A stretch of 32,000 bases of DNA. It comes from Candidatus Baldrarchaeota archaeon (GTDB taxonomy: Archaea; Asgardarchaeota; Baldrarchaeia; Baldrarchaeales; DXJG01). Where the stretch lies: contig DXJG01000002.1 in the NCBI GenBank assembly GCA_019056805.1, positions 30,517 to 62,516 of the forward strand. The letters run 5' to 3'. Shown here piece after piece: positions 26,329-32,000 of this stretch (the stretch's first letter is position 1; each line of letters starts with the position of its first letter). The notes under the pieces were generated by a model. It saw only the letters and a program-made list of their open reading frames with translations. It was not told where the DNA came from and did not search any database. Position numbers and translations under genes: made by a program.

Positions 26329-29300
26329 CATGAAAGTTGAAGGAATATTTGACCCCATCGGAAGATTTGAAGATTTTATTAAAAGTTATAGAACCGAAGA
26401 GGGTATTTACAAATATCGTAGCATGCTTCAAAAATTATCATTAACGGGAAACAAATCACTTGTAATAGATTTTGATGATTTATTAAGATTCGACCCAGAA
26501 CTTGCAAAAAGAACACTTGACGATCCAGAAGATTACATTGAAGCAGCTTCAAAAGCAATAAAAAATGTCATGGTCATAGAGGATCCTGATTACGCTCAAA
26601 AAATAGAAAAATTCCATCCAAGATTCAAAAACATCCCTAAAAAAATATCACTAAGACAAATAAGATCTCACCATATAGGCCAACTCGTAGCTATAGATGG
26701 TATAATAACAAGAGCAAGCGAGGTTAAACCACAACTAATTGAAGCTGTTTTTGAATGCCAACGATGCCATGAAAAAATGGTTATCCCCCAAGAAGAGGGA
26801 AAATATGTACCACCTGTTCAATGTGTAAATCCAACATGCAGAAGAAAAGGCCCATTTAAACTAATAGTTGAAGAATCAAAGTTCATAGACTGGCAAAAAA
26901 TACGGGTACAAGAAAGACCTGAAGATCTACCACCAGGTCAACTCCCTCGCTTCATCGATGCATATCTTAAAGACGATTTAGTAGATATTGCCAGACCAGG
27001 AGACCGCGTAACAGTAATAGGCATATTAAAAACCTCACCAGAATTTGGACAACGAAGAGGAAAACTAACAACATTCAGAGTATTCATAGAAACAAACTAC
27101 GTAGAACTAACCGAGAAAGAAGCAGAAAGACTAGAAATCACACCAGAAGAAGAACAAAAAATACTAGAACTAGCAAAAGACCAATGGATACACAAAAAAA
27201 TAATACGATCCATCGCACCCTCAATATACGGCTACGACGACATAAAAGAAGCAATAGCACTCCTACTATTCGGAGGAGTACCCAAAACACTCCCAGACGG
27301 AATGAGAATCAGAGGAGAACCAAACATACTCCTAGTAGGAGACCCAGGAACAGCAAAAAGTCAACTACTAAGATACGTCGCAAGAATAGCCCCAAGAGGA
27401 ATCTACACATCCGGAAAAGGATCCACCGCAGCAGGACTCACAGCAGCAGTAATAAGAGACCCAGAAACAGGAGGAATGAGCCTAGAAGCAGGAGCACTAG
27501 TACTCTCCGATCGCGGCGTCGCGTGTTTACATGAGGAGTCAAAGGTTTTAATCGATAATAGAATAGTTAACATAGGAAGTCTTTTCGATGAGCAACGAAA
27601 ATTTAAGGCTCGATCTGGAAACGAAGAAGTTGAAATATGCGAATTAAATACAAATACGGTTTCTATCGACTCTAAGCTTAAAACAATATCTTCAAGATCT
27701 TTATTAATAAGAAGAAAGAAGTATAAAGGCGAGATACTCGAAATAACACTAGCTTCTGGATTTAAAGTGAAAGTTACTCCCGATCATAAACTTCTAGACG
27801 GAAATACATTGGAATGGAGAGATGCTAAAGAATTTAAGAAAGGCGATTTTGTAATTGCTCCTCTAAAGCTTCCTGAGAATAAGGAAAACATATATCTTCT
27901 TGACATTATCCCAGACAATTGGCTCGTCATCCTCGGAAAAGAAGAAAAGATGGAACTCAAAAGAAAAGTACTTGCTATTTATAAAAGTTTGAGCAAATTT
28001 AACAAAAAATACGGTATAACAAAAGATTTTCTTTCTGGTAGAAGTCAAATAAAGGTCGGTAAACTGAGAAAAATATTAAAAGACCTAGGATGCTATGAGG
28101 AATGGAAAAATAAATGCCTTAAATATGGTAGAAAAGCTTCAGGAGAAATGTTAAAAGTTAATAAGATAACTCCGGAGCTAGCATATTTTCTTGGATTTAT
28201 TTACGGCGATGGCGATGTTAAAATTTCGCACAGAAGATCAAGAATATCAATAACACAATCGTTGAAAAACAGAAAACAAATAGAACGTCTTAAGAAGATG
28301 TTTCAAAGTTTTTCACAAAGGAAACTTGGAGAGTATAGAAGAAAAAGTGTAAGTTTAATAAGAGGGCAAAGAGTAGAAAGTGAAAACATCATTTTATACG
28401 CTAACTCTAATTTATTAGCATACATTTACAGCTATGTAGTCGGAGAAGGGCTGAAAAATCTTTTGAAACTGCCTGATGAAGCTTTAAAGGCATTTATCGC
28501 AGGCTGCTTAGATTCAGATGGATGTATTTCAGTCAAGAGAGGGAGAAAATCGGATAAAATCTATGAAACCGTACACATAGAGTTTCAACTATCAAAGAAT
28601 GAAGAGGAAAACAAAGCGTTTATGCTTGCCCTAAGACGATTTGATTGCTTCGCGAAACTTATAAGAGATAAGAGGATAAATAAAATTATAATAACCGGAA
28701 GAGAAGATGTTAGTCGACTTCTAAACGCTATTAAAAAATACAGTGTCAAAATTAAAACTATCCCTACTAGAAAACATTTAGTCTCTTCTCTTAGCGATAA
28801 ACTTCCAAACACTCCAGTTGCAAAAATAAGTACCCACATAATATCCTCCGTAAATAAATCTATCTTGCTTAAAAAAGGTATATGGAGTACTCTCTACGCC
28901 TATAAAAATAAAAGATATCAACCCTCCAGACAACAACTTCTAAAAATCAAAAATGAAATTTTCGACTTCTTGGATGAAAAGCTACGAAATCAAATAGAAC
29001 TACTAACATCCCGAGACTACTTTCTAGACAAGATAGTTGAAATAAAAACAGAGAAATACTCAGGATACGTCTACGATCTTTACGTTCCAAAATACCATAA
29101 CTTTGTATGTGACGGAATTATAGTGCATAATTGCATCGACGAATTTGACAAAATGAACCCGCAAGACAGGGTAGCCATCCATGAAGCGATGGAGCAGCAG
29201 TCTTATCATCCATCCTTTGAAATTACTTTGGCAGATGGAGCCAAGGTTAAAATCGGGGATTTCGTCGATGCCCTTTTCGAACAATTTCCAGATAGAAAAA

Positions 29301-31567
29301 TAGATGGAATAGAATGCGAAATTCTTCAAATATCAGATCTAAATATTGAAATTCTTACCACGGATTTTGATAAAATATTTAAAACAAAAATTAACAGAGT
29401 TAGCAGACATAAAGCACCAAGTCAATTTGTAAGAATACTATATTCAAATGGTAGAGAGATACTTGTAACTCCAGAACATCCCATATTCGTTTTTGAAAAT
29501 GGAGAAATTAAAACTATAAGTGCAGATAAATTAAAAGTTGGGTCCTTTGTTCCGGCAGTTGAAAAAATCGAGTTTAAGGGGAGTTACAAACTAGATACCG
29601 ATGCGGGTAATGGAAGAAAAAAGGTTATACTCCCGGAAGTAATACAAGTTCCAATTGCTAGATTTTTGGGCTACTATGCGGCTGAAGGTTATTCCTATAA
29701 TGGGGCCACTGCAGAAATTGGATTGAGTAATACAAATCAAGATATAATTTTAAACATGAAATCTGTTGTGGAAGAAGCTTTCGGAATAAGTCCAATTGAC
29801 TATGTTGATGTAAATAGAACACTACGTATCGTATCTAAGTCTCTTTACAACTATATGTCTAAAAACTTTCCAGAATTAATGAAAAGAAGTACTGATAAAC
29901 GAATTCCACAAAAAATATTTGTAGCAGGTAAAAGGGAGAGAATAGAGTTTTTAAAGACAGCCTTTGAAGGAGATGGATCCATTGAAAGTGAAGCAATTGC
30001 TTATTCAACCTCTTCAAAAGGTCTTGCCGAAGACTACCAGGACTTGCTTTTAACTCTTGGAATACATTCTCGAATATGCAAAGATGTTTATGATTTACCA
30101 AAAGGGCAATTAAAACGATACCGTTACAAAGTCTACATAACTGGAGATAGCCTGAAAAAATTTGTAGACATTGTCATTCCTGAGCTTAAGTCACACGAAA
30201 AACTCAAAAAACTTGTTGAGAGGAGTGAAAGAATTAACAGAAAGCACGATGTTTTACCACCGTACGTTGGAACGATGATAATAAAATGTCTAAAAAAGCT
30301 TGGCATGCCTTATAACGGTTACTTTAACGAACATATAAACGGAAATTACGGAATAACAAGAGAAGTTGTGAATAGATATTTGAATATCATCGAAAGCAAG
30401 ATCAAAGAACTTGAAAAAGATATCAGAAATATAAATGATCTGCGAAAACTAAGGCAAACAATTGGTTATTCTCAAGCTAAAGTCGCAAAACTGATTAATG
30501 TAGCAAGAAGTACAATTGACTACATGGAAAGAGGCGGTTACGACTCAGAGAAAAGAAATAAACTGATACACGAGTTTAAAACGGCAGTATTAAAGGAAAT
30601 TGAGGAAACAAAAGAAATAGTCAATAAGATCAAAAAGTTAAAGAAATTTAGATGGCTAAGAGTAAAAAACGTAGAAATTGTAGATAACTGTGGAGAATTA
30701 AAAACAGAATGGGTCTATGATGTTACAGTGGAGCCAACAAGGAATTTCATAAGTCATGGACTTATACTTCACAATACAATTAGTATTGCCAAGGCTGGTA
30801 TTATTGCTACTCTTAATGCGCGTACGGCTATTTTGGCTGCTGCTAATCCTAAGCTTGGTAGGTATGATCCTTATAGGCCTCCGGTGGATAATATAAATCT
30901 TCCACCGACAATTTTGTCTCGTTTTGATTTGATTTTTATTTTGACGGATAGGCCTAGGGTGGAGGTAGATAAGCAGGTGGCTGAGCATATTCTTGCTTTG
31001 CACCAGATGAGGACTGTGGAGCCGCCGATACCTCCTGATCTTCTTCGAAAATATATTGCATATGCTAGGAAAAATGTTCATCCAGTGTTAACTCCTGAAG
31101 CTGCACAAAAAATTGAGCAGTTCTATTTGGAGCTCAGAAGTGTAGGTGAGGCTCCAACGTCTCCTGTACCGATAACAGCAAGGCAGTTAGAAGCTTTGAT
31201 TAGATTAGCTGAGGCTCATGCAAGGATGGCTCTCAGAGATAAGGTAACTGTCGAGGATGCTGAGGAAGCAATACGTCTCATGAAGCTGTCCTTGCAACAA
31301 GTAGGAATTGATAGTGAGACAGGTCAACTTGATATAGACCTAATAATGACAGGACACAGTAAATCGCAGAGAGATAAGATGGAAAAAATATTAGATTTAA
31401 TAGACGAATTAGGAGAAGAACCAGACAAAGCTGTTCCAATATCTAAACTCATTGAAAGAGCAAGCATAGAAAACATTGATGAGGATTTCGTTAAAAGAGC
31501 TGTAGAACGAATGAAAAAGGAAGGCATACTCTTCGAACCAAAGCCTGGCTATGTCAAAAAAGCTTAA
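26321..31567 (+). CDS. mcm: MCM replicative helicase precursor (1748 aa) with two inteins; spliced product 687 aa
   Basis: Zn finger CQRC..CVNPTC, Walker A GDPGTAKS, STAAGLTAAV, Walker B CIDEFDKM, AAANP, arginine finger LSRFDL, C-terminal wHTH. Confidence 0.97.
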   Translation: MTSMKVEGIFDPIGRFEDFIKSYRTEEGIYKYRSMLQKLSLTGNKSLVIDFDDLLRFDPELAKRTLDDPEDYIEAASKAIKNVMVIEDPDYAQKIEKFHPRFKNIPKKISLRQIRSHHIGQLVAIDGIITRASEVKPQLIEAVFECQRCHEKMVIPQEEGKYVPPVQCVNPTCRRKGPFKLIVEESKFIDWQKIRVQERPEDLPPGQLPRFIDAYLKDDLVDIARPGDRVTVIGILKTSPEFGQRRGKLTTFRVFIETNYVELTEKEAERLEITPEEEQKILELAKDQWIHKKIIRSIAPSIYGYDDIKEAIALLLFGGVPKTLPDGMRIRGEPNILLVGDPGTAKSQLLRYVARIAPRGIYTSGKGSTAAGLTAAVIRDPETGGMSLEAGALVLSDRGVACLHEESKVLIDNRIVNIGSLFDEQRKFKARSGNEEVEICELNTNTVSIDSKLKTISSRSLLIRRKKYKGEILEITLASGFKVKVTPDHKLLDGNTLEWRDAKEFKKGDFVIAPLKLPENKENIYLLDIIPDNWLVILGKEEKMELKRKVLAIYKSLSKFNKKYGITKDFLSGRSQIKVGKLRKILKDLGCYEEWKNKCLKYGRKASGEMLKVNKITPELAYFLGFIYGDGDVKISHRRSRISITQSLKNRKQIERLKKMFQSFSQRKLGEYRRKSVSLIRGQRVESENIILYANSNLLAYIYSYVVGEGLKNLLKLPDEALKAFIAGCLDSDGCISVKRGRKSDKIYETVHIEFQLSKNEEENKAFMLALRRFDCFAKLIRDKRINKIIITGREDVSRLLNAIKKYSVKIKTIPTRKHLVSSLSDKLPNTPVAKISTHIISSVNKSILLKKGIWSTLYAYKNKRYQPSRQQLLKIKNEIFDFLDEKLRNQIELLTSRDYFLDKIVEIKTEKYSGYVYDLYVPKYHNFVCDGIIVHNCIDEFDKMNPQDRVAIHEAMEQQSYHPSFEITLADGAKVKIGDFVDALFEQFPDRKIDGIECEILQISDLNIEILTTDFDKIFKTKINRVSRHKAPSQFVRILYSNGREILVTPEHPIFVFENGEIKTISADKLKVGSFVPAVEKIEFKGSYKLDTDAGNGRKKVILPEVIQVPIARFLGYYAAEGYSYNGATAEIGLSNTNQDIILNMKSVVEEAFGISPIDYVDVNRTLRIVSKSLYNYMSKNFPELMKRSTDKRIPQKIFVAGKRERIEFLKTAFEGDGSIESEAIAYSTSSKGLAEDYQDLLLTLGIHSRICKDVYDLPKGQLKRYRYKVYITGDSLKKFVDIVIPELKSHEKLKKLVERSERINRKHDVLPPYVGTMIIKCLKKLGMPYNGYFNEHINGNYGITREVVNRYLNIIESKIKELEKDIRNINDLRKLRQTIGYSQAKVAKLINVARSTIDYMERGGYDSEKRNKLIHEFKTAVLKEIEETKEIVNKIKKLKKFRWLRVKNVEIVDNCGELKTEWVYDVTVEPTRNFISHGLILHNTISIAKAGIIATLNARTAILAAANPKLGRYDPYRPPVDNINLPPTILSRFDLIFILTDRPRVEVDKQVAEHILALHQMRTVEPPIPPDLLRKYIAYARKNVHPVLTPEAAQKIEQFYLELRSVGEAPTSPVPITARQLEALIRLAEAHARMALRDKVTVEDAEEAIRLMKLSLQQVGIDSETGQLDIDLIMTGHSKSQRDKMEKILDLIDELGEEPDKAVPISKLIERASIENIDEDFVKRAVERMKKEGILFEPKPGYVKKA
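27524..29131 (+). mobile_element. MCM intein 1 (536 aa) with LAGLIDADG homing endonuclease
   Basis: GVA|CLHEES...VTPDH...IIVHN|CIDEFD; Cys1, His-Asn end, Cys+1; LAGLIDADG blocks YFLGFIYGDG and FIAGCLDSDG. Confidence 0.93.
29201..30775 (+). mobile_element. MCM intein 2 (525 aa) with LAGLIDADG homing endonuclease and internal HTH
   Basis: MEQQ|SYHPSFEI...VTPEHP...LILHN|TISIAKAG; Ser1, His-Asn end, Thr+1; blocks FLGYYAAEG and FLKTAFEGDG. Confidence 0.93.
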
Positions 31568-31586
31568 CATACGGGGGAAATAGAGA

Positions 31587-32000
31587 ATTAAAATAAAAGA
31601 ACTGAATATACCTCAAAAAGTGAAAAAAATATTTCTTTCACAGGGAATAACAAGTTTATATCCCCCACAAGAAGAAGCTATCAAAAGGGGCGCTCTTAAC
31701 CATGAAAACCTAGTTTTAGCTATACCAACAGCATCTGGGAAAACTCTTGTAGCAGAACTAGCAATGCTAAAATCGATAATTGAAGAGGGAGGTAAAGCCC
31801 TATATTTAGTGCCCTTAAGAGCTTTGGCCAACGAAAAGTATGATGAATTTAAAAAATACGAACAAATAGGAGTAAAAGTAGCAGTCTCTACAGGCGATTA
31901 TGATTCATCAGATAAATGGCTCGAAAACTATGATATTATAATTTGCTCCGTTGACTATAACGAACCTATAGTTATCAAGGAAAACGGGGTAGTAAAAAGT
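31587..32000 (+). CDS. hel308: Hel308/Ski2-like SF2 DNA helicase, 3'-truncated by the window edge; absent from the ORF track
   Basis: Frame reads (M)KIKELNIPQKVKKIFLSQGITSLYPPQEEAI...LAIPTASGKTLVAE...YLVPLRALANEK...STGDYD; Q motif, motif I and Ia. Probable ATT start after in-frame TAG 31581-31583. Confidence 0.9.
   Translation, partial: MKIKELNIPQKVKKIFLSQGITSLYPPQEEAIKRGALNHENLVLAIPTASGKTLVAELAMLKSIIEEGGKALYLVPLRALANEKYDEFKKYEQIGVKVAVSTGDYDSSDKWLENYDIIICSVDYNEPIVIKENGVVKS
31947..32000 (+). mobile_element. N-terminal start of a probable intein in Hel308
   Basis: After DIIIC the expected TxEK of motif Ib is replaced by SVDYNEPIVIKENGVVKS, an intein block A pattern; only 18 codons are visible. 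Confidence 0.7.

Noticed and set aside
27184-27534. 116-aa alternative-frame ORF inside mcm
   Set aside because: Its first codon position is the mcm third position, which is almost free of T here, so stop codons cannot form. It is a by-product of the skew, and the product is low-complexity.
26990-31027. True long inverted repeat between the two skewed mcm arms
   Set aside because: By eye only short matches (about 8 nt, e.g. AGCAGCAG versus CTGCTGCT) were found; the complementarity is compositional, not sequence-exact.
30698-31081. 127-aa antisense ORF inside mcm
   Set aside because: Mirror artifact of the G/T third-position skew (few plus-strand A, hence few minus-strand stops); no recognisable motifs.
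1-32000. CRISPR arrays, rRNA genes, IS elements
   Set aside because: No regularly spaced direct repeats, rRNA-like sequence or transposase ORFs were seen.

Overview
AT-rich archaeal chromosomal window. The TACK/Asgard-like gene set (FtsZ with SmAP3, an EF-2 paralog, gins23-mcm, multi-intron tRNA) does not allow a more precise lineage call. In order: rpl3-rpl4-rpl23-rpl2; a cdrS-like ribbon-helix-helix gene missed by the ORF track, coupled to ftsZ; SmAP3; a TFB paralog-secretion ATPase-small pilin module; tRNA-Glu(CTC) with two non-canonical introns; 2-oxoacid:ferredoxin oxidoreductase alpha/beta/gamma; an EF-2 paralog lacking the diphthamide His; tRNA-Gly(CCC); Lrp; cdc6 plus a wHTH gene; truA (ATA start); rfcL/rfcS; Fno divergent from a group 3b [NiFe]-hydrogenase operon; a threonine-synthase-like protein fused to PadR; gins23; mcm with two inteins; and the start of hel308 (ATT start, intein). 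The most unusual signals are (1) a near-absolute mirror-image third-codon-position skew in the mcm exteins, A/C-ending upstream and G/T-ending downstream, switching at the intein pair, and (2) a PLP-enzyme fold whose Schiff-base Lys is replaced by Arg and which is fused to a PadR DNA-binding domain, a candidate pseudoenzyme-sensor transcription factor. All calls are from motif reading by eye and hand counts; no database searches were run.
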